Below are positions 8,803-20,715 of a DNA stretch of 20,715 bases, one piece after another. Within the stretch, counting starts at the first letter, position 1. Each line of letters starts with the position of its first letter. Both the position numbers and the translations under genes were made by a program. The notes beneath the pieces are model-generated. The model did not search any database, was not told the origin of the DNA, and saw only the letters and a program-made list of their open reading frames with translations. Origin of the DNA: Paraspadella gotoi (lineage: Eukaryota; Animalia; Chaetognatha); assembly GCA_051294375.1 (NCBI GenBank), contig JBJCIZ010000264.1, forward strand, positions 1 through 20,715, written 5' to 3'.

Positions 8803-11800
8803 ACGTGAGAGACCTTCCGCGTCCTTGGCGTCCTCTTCGCCTGCGCCCTCTAAGAATGAGAATCCTTGTCCTTTCTGCGAGGTCTCTCTTTTCTTTCTCT
8901 CTCTCTCTCTCTTTCACTCTGATCTCTCTCTTTCTTCTTTTCTCTTTTCTCTCTTTCTTTTTTTCTCCATCCCTTCCCATCTCTTTTATTCAATTAAATT
9001 AATTAAAAATTAAAAATTACCTTTTTTCTATCTTCTTTCTTCATTCTCTAAATTAAAACTTTTTGTCATGCCATAATAATACATACTTTAAATCTCATTG
9101 GCATATAGTAGTAGTTTACTATAAAAGTTAACTACAACCTTTACCGGTACTCCTTTCGCAGCCAACCAAATAAAAAAGAGAAAGAATTTGAATGATTAGA
9201 TTTAAAGGAATTAAAAAGTCAGACGCAAGTATTCGTGTTTTTATCTCAAAGATAATTTTTTTGGTTATTTTTGCGGCAATCAAAAGGCAAGATTCAGTAT
9301 GGATGATATTTAAAAAAGAATTGAAGTCGCTCGATGAAAAATCCCAATTCCCAAATATTTTTTACACGTTGTGTTACATTATTTCTTTTCTCTTCTTCTC
9401 CCCCCCCCTATGTTTCTTGTGTGCTTTTGCTTCTCCTTGTACAATTACAAATCGCTATCTTTTCTTGATATCTTAATCTCATTCTCATTCTTCCGCCTAC
9501 TCTTCTCTCTCTCCTCTCTCTCTCTCTCTCTTCTCCTCTCTCTCTCCTCTCTCTCCTCTCTTCTCTCTCTCACACACTCTCTCTCTCTTCGTGTCTCTTA
9601 TTTTTCATCGTTTCTCTCGCTTCTTCTTTTTCCGTTTGTTGTGTATTTGCCTCGAGAGACGCAAACAGAAAAGCTATTCCCTTTCACCTCTCCTCCTCCA
9701 CATTCTCCTCCTCCTCCTCCTTCCATCCTCCTATCCTTCGTTAACCAGAGAATTTTCTCTTTCTTTCTTCATTCTTCTCTCTTCAAAAAGTAAAGCTTGG
9801 AGTTAAAAGAAATTTTAAACAACTCACAAACTTACATGCGAGGATCTTGTTAATAACTTGATAAAATTGTCGAGGAGAGTGGTCAGCGATCTCCTGACTT
9901 ATTAACTGATTTAGCAACGGTGGTTCCGCAGAAGGTTCCCTTCTTGATCTTCCACGGTGCCAGTGCGGCCTTAATTTTAGTTGTTAAGCCAGAGTAACTT
10001 GTTAATACATATTGTAAAAGTTTAATAAGCAAACACGATTACAGGAAAGTTTTTTTTTTAAGAAATAGAGAATGGAAATTGGGAAGGATATGAACTAATC
10101 TTTGAAGACGGCTTGGATAAAAGGAATTATATAAACTAGAAAATGCTAAAAGGGGCCAAGAATAAAAATCCCCACGTCGAGAACTGACAGAATAAAAAAT
10201 ATTTTGGAGTTTTGAAGGGCGTCAAAACAAAAAAAAGAGGCCAAATAAGGAAAAAGAGAAGAGAAAAGCAAAATAAGAGAAATTCGAAAAAGCAAAAGAA
10301 AAGAAAATAAGAGACGTCGAAAAGAGAGGATGGAATTTAATGGTGAACAAATATTAATGAGGCGATTGATATTCCGCAGCAAAAATGGAGACGTGTCAAG
10401 ACGAGATTGCAGAGAAGAGAGAGAGAGGCGAGAGAGCAGAGAGAGAGAGAGAGAGCAATGAAATCCCAGAGAGAAACGGAGAGGCATTTAAACTCTGAGC
10501 GATGCATTACTCGAGGAAAACACACATGCGGCGAATGTGCGAAAACATTGATATGCGAAAGATTTGTGCGGATGTGTGCCAGTGTTGAAATGGGAGCATG
10601 ACGCAAGGAAACGTCTTTTAATTAATTGACTTTTTATTCTTCCACGACGACCTCGTTGATGCTCCGAAGCCATTGCGATTCGGAAGTTATTACTGGCCAA
10701 TTGTCTTTGGGTCGGCGAAAAAAAACTGAATGTGAATTGTTTTGTTTTCACCCATGACAATAGAAATTCAAAACTCTTAAAAAAAATAAAAAACTAATAA
10801 CCTTGGATTAAAAATAATGATTTTCAACCTCATACAAAGATCCGTTTGGGATTAGAAATTAGATCAAATTCTGTCACTGTCTCCATCATCTCACTCTTCT
10901 CTTCAAAAAAATGATTCGTAATAAAACAGCAAAAATATTGAAATGCAGCTCCTCTCCACATTTTTCTGCTATTTTCCGAACCCCCATCTTTTTTTCCCTC
11001 ACTCCTTTCCACCCTCCCCCCCTATTTTCCCATTCCAGTTTCACGAGTCCCTCACGCGATCGCCATTTTGTATTTTTGTTTGTGTTGTTTTTATTCGATC
11101 CTCGCGGTCTCATCATCGCGAGGACGGACACGCTCCGCTTCTCCATTTTTGGTTGGCCTCTTTTTCTTTCCTTTTTTGGTTGGCCTTCTTTTTCTTTTCC
11201 TTTTTGGTTGGCCTCTTTTTCTTTCCTTTTTTGTTTGGCCTCTTTTTCTTTCCTTTTTGGTTTTGGCCTTTATTTTTGTGTTTTTGAATTGGCCCCTATT
11301 TATGAAATTTGGTACAACCTGGTTTAAAATAACCATTCATTTAATAAATAAGCATATCTTGCCCCCCTGACTTTGGACAGGCTTTGGTGGTTTTAAGTCC
11401 TTCCATCCCACTCTTACAAGATTAATTTTAGCGCCTTTTTTTTTTTCACCGACCACTCATTCTGGCTATTTTCTGCTTCTATTTCCTGTTGGGCTCTTTT
11501 ATTTTTGGTTGGGCACTTTTTTCAAAATTTGGTTTGGCCTCTTTTTTGCAGCGTACTCTCGAGACATTTATTTGTTTTCTTTTTGTGGAAAAGTTTGTTG
11601 CGCGTTCATTCGAAACTTTTTTCGACGCGCGCTAAACTTGTTTTATTTCCTCCCTACAGTATTTTCTTTTCTTTTTTTTCATATTTTCTTTTGGTTTGCC
11701 TTTCTCATCTTCTCATCTTCTTTATATTATTTATTTATTTCGTTTTTTTGAAGATTAAAGAATTTGTCAGAAAGACAAAATTATTGTCATAAAAAGAGAA

Positions 11801-12856
11801 AAAAAGGGGAAAAAAATATGAGAGAAAAGAGAGAATATTTGTTAATGGATACAAAAAAGTTTTCTTTGGGCTCCAGAAGTGAAGCTACGTGGCGCTGCTC
11901 CGCGTTGCTGCCACATAAGCTCTGTTACATAGCTTTGTACCAAACTGAACAAAACTTTAAGAAAAAGAATCTAACAAGTAACACAATTCATTCAATTCGT
12001 GTCATACATCAAACAAGTGCCCTCAGTTTTTTTGTTTCCATCAAACATTCGAATTGGCTTTTGTTCGCCCTCCGACGACCTCATTAACTCTCTTCTTCAA
12101 AGCGACAACACTGCGCTTCTTCTGCATGGCAAAGGGCCAGAAGGGCGAAGGAGGCTTTTAGGGCTAGCAGGGAGTTGCCGAAGCAGAGTTTAGGGCCGAG
12201 GGATTGAGAGAAAGAAGAGAGCGGCGAAGGAAGATTAAGGATGCAGACTGTTTCGTGTTCAGGACTAAAGTTAGTTATAGAATCAAGCGGCAAAGTTAGT
12301 GGACTGCGATAACAATGAGTTTGTTAGAGAAAGAGTGAGGGACGAAAATAAAACGACTCACAAGCGTTCAAAGATCAGTGAGAAGGATGCGAGATCATGG
12401 CACCAACAGAGGAAGTGGCAAGAAAGATGTGAAAAGGAGAAGGAAGTTTGGGCATAACAACAGGCAGTGAACTCTCCCAAAGATGCCCGAGACTCTCAAC
12501 GCCGGTAAACGCCTCTCTCGCCGGTCGACGCGATGGAACAAAGTTTCACGCTTCACTTCCGATTTCGCCGCGTCGCTTGACTCACGAGGGAATCACTGAG
12601 AATCAACAAGGATCACCTGTAATCTACTAGACTTAGCGACCAACGAAGACTCACCTGGTCTCCTCGGAAAGGTGGGTCAAATCACGCAAAAGGGAAGTCA
12701 CGCATATCGCGCGAAATAATCACCCACGTGCATACGACGGATGTTTTAGAGAGAGAGGAGAGAGAAAGAGAGAGCAATGATGATACGAGACGAGAGGAGA
12801 GAGCAGACGAGAGAGAGAGAGAAAGAGAAGAGGAGAGAGAGAGAGAGAGAGAGAGT

Positions 12857-12887
<31 letters not shown>

Positions 12888-13596
12888 CAGAGAGAGCAGA
12901 CTCTTCTCACAAATATGAAGTGATGCTTCCACTAAATCAGAAGCTTCCGTGTCTTTCCTTTCTCTTCGCGTCAGTCTGAGGACTCTCGCTCTCTTCCGCC
13001 TCCGCCCTAATCTTTTGACGCCATAATAATAATCATCATCATCCTTATCATCATCATTATTCATTATCATCATCATTATTATTCTTCATGTTTTGAAATT
13101 GGTACACACGAATTTATTTTGAAAATACGGACATGTCGTAATCATCGATCATCTTCATTTTTGATCATTATAAACATCATCATCGTCATCTTATGCATCA
13201 TTTCATCAGCAAAATTATAATCCTCGTAATCATAGACTAATCATCATCATCATAATCATCGTCACTTTGCTACCATCTCTTTTTCTTTTTTCTCGACCAC
13301 ACGCGTTTCTTTTTACCTGCCTCCGCCATGAGAAGTCATCCTTATGACTTGAAACATCTGTTTTAAACAAATAAAAGAAAAGAAATATAAATAATATATT
13401 ATAATATATTGTATGCATTTATATGACGTAAAGAATATAAAATATGTATATATAACAGATACCTGCTGTTTATCTTTTCTTACCCTGTCTCATATTTTTT
13501 CTTTCTTTCTCACTTTTTTCCGGTTCGCAGATTCCTAGTTTTTCTAAACCTTATTGAGATTTCTTTTCTTCCTTTCTTCCTCCTTTCTCTCTCTCT

Positions 13597-13685
<89 letters not shown>

Positions 13686-16600
13686 CTCCTCCCACATTAT
13701 CTTTGTCACGTCTTCCCCTTTCTCTCCTTTTTTCATTCTGATTCTCTCTAACTTTTGGTTTTCAATATTTCATCCAAAGACTTCTTAGTCTTTGAATAAT
13801 AAACCGACGAGAGCGTCCTCTCCTCGCCAGCCGTTCAGAGACAAAGCCGGGAATGAACTGGCACTCGTGAAGGAACGGAAACTTGTGCTTAGAATTCGAA
13901 ATTGTGTGGAATCGGATCTGATGTTGATTAGTTCAGCATTTGTGATGAAACAATTCAATTTGTAAATAAAAGTTGCACACAATGTGAGAAGGAACTGCAC
14001 CTTGTGATGGAATTTGGAAACTTGCGATAGAACCGGCTCTTCTGAAGGAAGCTTGAAATCGAGATTGCGACTGGCAAACAAGTTGGAACATGTGAAGGAA
14101 CTGGCACTTATGATGGAACGGAAAATTGTGATGTAATTCTCACTTTGTGAATGAATAATTTCCGACCAATGCTCCTTTGCCTAGAAGCCTAAATTTACAA
14201 ATCAAAAACTGGTTAAGGTTTGTTCTTTTCCATTTTTATCATAGCCTTACCTTTCACCCACACCCACCTGCGCCCTCCTCACGCAACCTCCCTCCAACAA
14301 TGCCACTGCTTTGAAATCCTTATTTTTCTTTTCGCCTAGAGACTTTGCCTCGGTCGCAACCCTTTTCCAGGCTTCAACACCTTCTTCTTCAATAAGTCGC
14401 CATTTTTAACTTCATTCTCGACACTTCTCAAAATTCCTTAACAAAACTATTTGCTTTTTTCAAGAGCCAGAAAAACCACCGATAGCAACCACTTCCTCTG
14501 GGGTGACTCGCGACCGTTACTCCAGTACGCCTTGCCGAGCCTCACTCCAGTTGCCTACTGGATTGCCACTCCAGTCGCCTACTCACCGCAACTCTAGTAG
14601 GTCGCCTTCCCAACGCAATCAATCACCTTCAAAAACCGTCACTCCAGTTACCTCACGACTTTACCACTCCAGTGGCATCCTAACAGCCACTTCCAGTCGC
14701 CTCTGAACCGCCACTTCAGTAGGCCTCAGTACACTCCCCCGTCCCTAAAACTAAGAAGCGTGGCGGCCAAATAAATGATTTACGACTATGTTCCGTAATG
14801 GAGCGACTATCGTCTGCGCCGGGTTTTTCTCTCCTTTTATCCAAGCGAGAGAAGAGGAGAAGAGAGAGAGAGAGAGAGAGTGAGCGGGAGAAAGAGAGAG
14901 AGGAGAGCAGAGAGAGACTGAGGAGAGAGAGAGAGATGAGAAAAAAGAGAGAGAAAGCAGAAGCAGAGAGAGAGAGAGAGAGCAGGTGCGCAATGTAAAA
15001 GAAAAGGCGGTGGAGGCGTGGAGCCTGAGTAAAGAGGTTAGAGAAGGCGGTTCTAAGTTTAATGTAACGATAAGGAGAGAGGGAGCCGGGAATGTATATA
15101 TTTGATATATATAAAAATTGTAAAGTTGATACCCACATGATCGTGAATGATAAAAGGGGGCATGGTCAAAAGATAAAGACAAAAGGGGACCTTGTAAATA
15201 AGGGGTAGGGTAAATGGGAATATATCAGTAAGCGCGAGAAAAAAGACGTAAGAAAGATAGTAATAATTAACTTGGCAGAGAAGGGCGTAAAATATAACAA
15301 CCGTGATGACTACTGAAGGGGAAATAAGTAAGAAGGAAGATGCTAAATAATTAAAAAAAAAGTGGTAAAAATAAAAGATAAAGCCAAAGTTTTAGCTGGG
15401 CGCCAAGGCGAGGAGGAAATAGATAAGGATGCATATGAAGGATTTACGGGAAAATGTGGTTCTAAATAAGTAACGATTGCAGTACAGATTGAGCTACAAA
15501 TGCGCCGCAACGATAAATACAGGATGGCGAAGATAGAATTTACAGATTGAGATAGATGAGAACTTAGTAAAAGTTTTTCTGTTTTTCCAATAATTTTATT
15601 TAAAAGTTTCTGTCTGTTTCTGTTTTAAATTCGATTTCTGTATCTTTTTTTTCAACAAACTTCATCGTCCGACTTCGATTTTGAATCGACAAAAAAAGTA
15701 TCGCTTAAACGACTTCCGTTTTTGGCGCCACGCCCTATCGATCAACGCCTTCGACGCGTAGAGCGACGAAAGCGGCGTCGCCAGGAAGAAACAGACGCCG
15801 CGATGGAATTAACTCCAAAGCTTTTATCGCATGTACTTTAACGTAACCTTTGCCTGTTTTGTTTTGTAAAAACTTAAGTAAATAACCTTAATGTTCTTTC
15901 CGTCTGGAGTCAACGCTTTGTCGTCTTTTACTAATATAAGCTATTTGCATAAGAGCGCCCTCTTAGCGTCAACTAGAAGCTCCACACTCTTAGGCCGTCA
16001 ATAGCAGCTCCACACTCTTCGCTTGCCAATTTCCTCTCAACTCAGCGTCATTTCCATCGACAAAACTCTGAGCCCCAATTCCTCGCGTCAATTCGTCACG
16101 TGATCTTCGCGCGCGAGATTTCTGCGCTCACGTGACCTCACGCCAGTTCGCGTGAAGTTTGTACGAGCAAATCCACTTCAAAATGACCGTTTTTTTGTCC
16201 CCACGCGAACGCCGCAGCCGTTCATTCCGCCCGGGAACGCAAAACGCTTTGTTTCTGCTTGTTTTTGTTTTTTTGCTATTAATGTTAAATATACTTATAA
16301 CTTCTTTTACTTCTTCTTAATTAATGTTACAATTTTTAAGAACATTGGGTATGTTTTATTTAAGCTATTAAAAATTTCTTTAAACGATAAAGCCTAATAA
16401 AATATGAACATACACCGTCTTCACGGATTTTTTTTTTTCTTTCGCCTCTTTAATCTTCACAACTTCACTTTTTTTCCATTCGTGAATTTTTTTTTTCTCC
16501 TCCGCGCTTATTGATTTTCATTCCGTCCACTGACCATTATCTACTTCTTCTCCATTACGTAAAATGATGTGCAGGCAAATGATTTTCCATGCCCCCATCT

Positions 16601-17546
16601 CCGTCTCTATCTTCGCCCCTCTCCTCTCCATTCCGCTTCCATAAAAGAAAAAGAAAAAATGAATGTTCCTTCCGATCGCGCCAACTTTTTTATGAGAGGG
16701 CTTCCACGATTTAACCAAATTGAAGAAACATTTACCGAGCAAACAGATATGTTTTATATTCGAAATGACTATGAGACGAAAAACTTTTTCAACTTTTCAA
16801 ATTTCTTTGGGCAGTTTATGTTAGATTATGGACTTAATATTACGAAAAGGAATACTATCCCTGTAAATTAAAAAAATACCAAAACAAATTCTTTCCTTAT
16901 ATTGCTATATATTGCTCTGTCAAATTTAGTTTTAAAATCTACAGTAGGCTTTAAATATAAAAATATCCGCTTTGAATTTACAAAGGCAAAAAAAACTTTT
17001 TTTTTCTTTTTATTTTTAGCATAAAAAACTTTAAACATAAAAAAAATAATTTAAAATACTTAAAAAAGCAGGCCTCTTTTACATAAACTCAGCCAACATT
17101 AAACTAACCATTAAATTCTTTTCAAAAAAAGTTTTCTTTTTCCAAACACAGACAGGACTCTTAAAAGGTTTTATCAAAAGCAAATGTTCTTTGCCCCAAA
17201 TATTTTTTTTCTTCCGCCGCCTTCTCGTCGTCTCCCTTTTTAATATTTACTTTTTAATTTTTTTAAATTTCAAGCTGAAAAGAAAAGTCTTCCGCAAACC
17301 TCTAATATATACAAAAAAGGACAAGATCTCCAACATGTCTGCTAATGAGACCTTTTGTTACTGAGAAGTTTCGGGATTAAAAGATTTCTTTATGTTTCTT
17401 TTTTTTGTTTACCAAATTGTCTTTGACGCTTTCTTTCTCTTCTTTTTTCCACTCTCGTAAACTCCCTTTACTCTCTCGCTCTTACGTAACTATTTTCTAA
17501 ACTTTCTCCTTCCTTTTCCCTTTCCCTCTTTCCGCTTCACTCTTTT
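8648..17546. repeat. Right arm of the inverted repeat (reverse complement of 1-8646, ~250 nt longer, indel-rich)
   Basis: Collinear mirror of the left arm throughout. Paired coordinate sums drift steadily from ~17294 at the centre to ~17550 at the ends, showing net extra bases in this arm. Confidence 0.97.
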
Positions 17547-17760
17547 CCCCTTCATCCCTCTTTCCATTTATCCTTCCCTTTCCCCTTTCCGCTTCACTCT
17601 TCCCCTTCATCCCTTTTCCATTTTCCCTTTCTCCCTTTCCGCCTTCACTCTTTTACCCCTTCATCCTTTTCCATTTTCATTTTCCTTTTCCCTTTCCCCT
17701 CTCCGCTTTTTTCTTCCCCCTTTCCCCTTCATCCCTTTTCATTTTCTTTTTTCCTTTTCC
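17513..17760 (-). repeat. Tandem repeat, ~55-60 nt unit, ~4 copies; on minus strand encodes approximately KMEKRDEGEKSEAERGKGKG
   Basis: Recurring TTTCCGCTTCACTCTTTTCCCCTTCATCCCTTTTCCATTT at ~17529, 17586, 17636 and a degenerate copy at ~17700. Confidence 0.85.
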
Positions 17761-17763
17761 TCG

Positions 17764-17800
<37 letters not shown>

Positions 17801-18188
17801 ACTCTCTCTCTCTCTTCTTCTCTCTCTCTACTCTCTCTCTTCTCTCTCTCTCTCTCCCCCTCGAGCTTTTTCTCGCGCATAATTTCAATTTCACACTGGT
17901 TGTTACTCACTCCTTTTATTTCTCACTTTTTAACTTTTATACACAGCCGCCATTTTTTTTGCCTGCATTCACGTCTCTCTCTCTCTCGCTCGCTTCTCAC
18001 TTCTATCTTCACTCGCTCTCTCTCCCCGTCATTATTCTCTTTCACTACTCTCTCCATTCCTCTCTCTTTCCCCTACTCCTTCGATTCTCGATGTCTGACT
18101 CTCTCTCTCTTTCTCTCTCTAATTTCTCCTTCAATGTTTTCTCACTCGAATCTTTCTGGCCGCGTACTTATTCCACAGTCTCTCTCTC

Positions 18189-18266
<78 letters not shown>

Positions 18267-19200
18267 GTCTCTCTCTCTCTCTTTGTGTTTTGTTCCCGCT
18301 TGGGGCGATACCTAATTATCAAAATCCAGTGTTGAGCTACGAATCCCATCGCAGGAAATCATTATTTCTCGTCTTCGTCCCTCTCTTTTAGTTTCACCCA
18401 GTTTCACTTCACTTCACCTCTATTATCCTTTTTAAATCACATCTCGTTTCATTTATTCCCCCTTCACTTTTATATTAACTTTCTCTATTTAACTTAGTTT
18501 TTCATCTTCCCTTTTGCGTCTATCTATTAAATTCTCCTTAGATGTATGGTTCAAAGCTTATTTGTTTTAAAACTTACCAATATCGTACTTGTTTTTTCGT
18601 AAAGATCCTTATTCCCCGAAAGTTACTTACTTTTTCCATCCCCACTCTGCTGCTGCATGTGTAAAGGCCAAAAACGAGACTTCTCTTCAGTTTGGCAAAC
18701 CGACTTATCTATCTGACACACTTACCTCTTTTCTTGCCTCTTTAGCTAAACGAATCATCCTCCCTTGCAAAGCCTTCGCTTCCACTGAATTTTCATGGAA
18801 TTTTGTATATACATTTTATATTTTTATATACATTTACAAACTTTAAATCTTAACTTGCTTACAAATTTTCCATTAATAAATTGGTTCAACCATTTATACA
18901 AAATTTATCCATTCATTTAATAAAATAAGCTATCTTTTGCCCCGCGACTTTAGACGGTTTTGGAAGTTTAAGGCCTCAATCACTCTTACAAGATATTATT
19001 ATTATTCTTATTCAGGTACCGCCATGCTTTGCAATCAAGAACTCTCTCACAGTCTCGTTTATTCACTGACTTCCTATCAACTAAGTGGCTAACCTATATA
19101 TATTTCATTTATCTTGTCTAAATCTTTGATAGTTCATTTTTCGATCCTGCTTCAACTTCTCTTTTTACCTAGGAGGTCTTTTTATAAAATCAGGGCAGTG
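17547..19200 (-). CDS. Putative hypothetical protein(s) with many in-frame TAA; contains YLVRVIE...NEW block and GE*GSLR motif
   Basis: Minus frame from ~19019 reads VPE*E***YLVRVIEAL...NEWINFV*M...FHENSVEAKALQGRMIRLAKEARKEVSVSDR*VGLPN...AAAEWGWKK*VTFGE*GSLRKNKYDIGKF*NK*ALNHTSKENLIDRRKREDEKLS*IEK. By my count only 1 of 13 TGA triplets in 18421-19020 falls in this frame. Boundaries are uncertain. Confidence 0.5.
17764..17856. repeat. (CT)n microsatellite
   Basis: Imperfect CT run. Confidence 0.95.
18180..18281. repeat. (CT)n microsatellite
   Basis: CT run. Confidence 0.95.
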
Positions 19201-19468
19201 TTGACGCCCCCACTTGCGCCCTTAAACGGACCCCACCCCAACCCCTCAACTCTGTCCTCCCCCTTGCCCCCCCTGTCCTCCCTCCTGTCTTTCCCCTGCC
19301 TCCCCCCCTGCCGCCCCCTCCCACCAATCCCGCGCTTTCTCGCTTCGGTCCGCTCGGCTTCTTTTTGATTTCGTCGATGCTAACTCTGACGAGTTTTTTC
19401 TCGGGGTCTCTCTCTTCTCTCTTATCTCTCACTCTTTCTCGTTTTTTTTTGGAGGGGGAATTCTACTG

Positions 19469-19482
19469 TCTCTCTCTCTCTT

Positions 19483-19555
<73 letters not shown>

Positions 19556-19592
19556 TCTTTTCTCTCGTTTTTTTGGAGCGGGGAATTCTACT

Positions 19593-19628
<36 letters not shown>

Positions 19629-19645
19629 CTTCTCTCTCTCTTCTC
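19469..19645. repeat. Two (CT)n tracts, each preceded by a duplicated TCTCGTTTTTTTTGGAG[C]GGGGAATTCTACTG segment
   Basis: The leader occurs at ~19437-19468 and ~19563-19593, each followed by a CT run (local tandem duplication). Confidence 0.85.
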
Positions 19646-20169
19646 TAACATTCATGCCTAATTATTTTCTAACTATTGCCCTCATTCTCCATTTCTCAAT
19701 CTCCATTCTCCCAATCTCCAATCCAAATCCATCCGTACATGCATCCTTACAGACAAACGAGACAGATTTTAAAAAAAATTATCCGTCCAACGAGGACGAA
19801 AAAAAAAAAGTTGTTAAGATTTAAAATTCAAGCCACGTTGAAAATCGTTGCCTTCGCTATTTACATTCGGCGGAAAAAGGAAATAAAAAATTGGATTATT
19901 CCTCTTTTTTCTTCTCTCTCTCTCTCTCTTCCGCTATTTCGTCTTCACTATGTCGTCGTTGTTGTCGTCGTTGGGATCGTCGTCGTTGTTGTTATTGTTA
20001 TTTCGAATGTCAAATTTGTCGTTTTCCTTCGAGCGGCGAACTTGTTACTATTAAAAAACAGAAGTTCGATGAATTTTGTAGTATTTGTTTTTTTTTTCCG
20101 CAATTACAATGATAATTTTATTCAAATCTTGCGACGGGCTTGCTGAGTATCAGACTTTCCTTCTTTTCA

Positions 20170-20365
20170 GATCGTAGTAAGTTCGTAACGTAATCGGCAA
20201 TCACTACCTTCTGTCATTTGATGCCAGACCGCGAGAGCAATTGAAGACCCTGCGCACCATGGCAACCAAAACTCAGAGAGTTGAATCAGATACAACAGTA
20301 ACTATATAAACAACCAAGTATGGCCACATTTTAAGGTCGTAAATCAGCAAAAATAAGAAGAGCAT

Positions 20366-20370
<5 letters not shown>
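20170..20370 (+). CDS. Possible exon of a hypothetical protein (Gln-rich with TAA)
   Basis: Follows a pyrimidine tract plus CAG (~20156-20170); reads KLRELNQIQQ*LYKQPSMATF*GRKSAK with TAA 20299-20301 directly after CAA CAG. Confidence 0.25.
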
Positions 20371-20432
<62 letters not shown>

Positions 20433-20456
20433 GAGAAGGAGAGAGAGAGAGAGAGA
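20369..20456. repeat. (GA)n microsatellite
   Basis: GA run. Confidence 0.95.
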
Positions 20457-20609
20457 CGCTCCGAGCTACAGTGGGTATTGCGTATTCGAACGAGGCTCTA
20501 AGGCGAATCAATTAACTGGGAAACGGAAAATCTAATCTCCGTCGCTTAAATCGCAGAATATATTAGCAGAAGTAGTAAATAAAAAAAAGTGAAGGGACGG
20601 GGATTTTAA

Positions 20610-20715
20610 GGTGGGGATGGGGTAAGGATGGAGTGAAAATGGAGAGAGATTGGAGTTATGATAGGGTGAGGATGGAGTGAGGATGGAGTAAAGAGGGGGG
20701 GAGGATGGAGTGAGG
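20610..20715. repeat. Degenerate ~11-nt tandem repeat (GGATGGAGTGA) running off the window end
   Basis: Copies include ggatggagtga at ~20627, 20670, 20681 and 20703. Confidence 0.7.

Noticed and set aside
10500-10600. HTCGECAKT as a C2H2 zinc finger
   Set aside because: No paired His follows, and the mirror arm (~6780-6860) does not preserve the motif.
20610-20715. G-rich terminal repeat as a telomere
   Set aside because: The units are degenerate, ~11 nt, and do not match TTAGGG, T2G4 or T4G4-type arrays; the window end is arbitrary.

Overview
The window is eukaryotic (probably protist) DNA: AT-rich, full of (GA/CT)n microsatellites, with short GT-AG intron candidates. I recognised no conserved gene, RNA gene, CRISPR array or mobile element. 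Two things dominate. (1) Bases ~1-8646 and ~8648-17546 form one giant, nearly spacer-less inverted repeat (fold-back at ~8647). The arms differ mostly by 1-nt indels, so this is most likely an error-prone long read or amplification fold-back chimera, although a real hairpin or palindrome cannot be excluded. Only ~17547-20715 is unique. (2) Several protein-like frames read through in-frame TAA/TAG. A peptide motif (GE*GSLR) recurs with synonymous changes but keeps its TAA, and TAA aligns with CAA/CAG in repeats and paralogs. This suggests a TAA/TAG=Gln nuclear code (NCBI table 6), which would make the supplied standard-code ORF track largely uninformative. All CDS calls are approximate, frameshifted hypothetical proteins.
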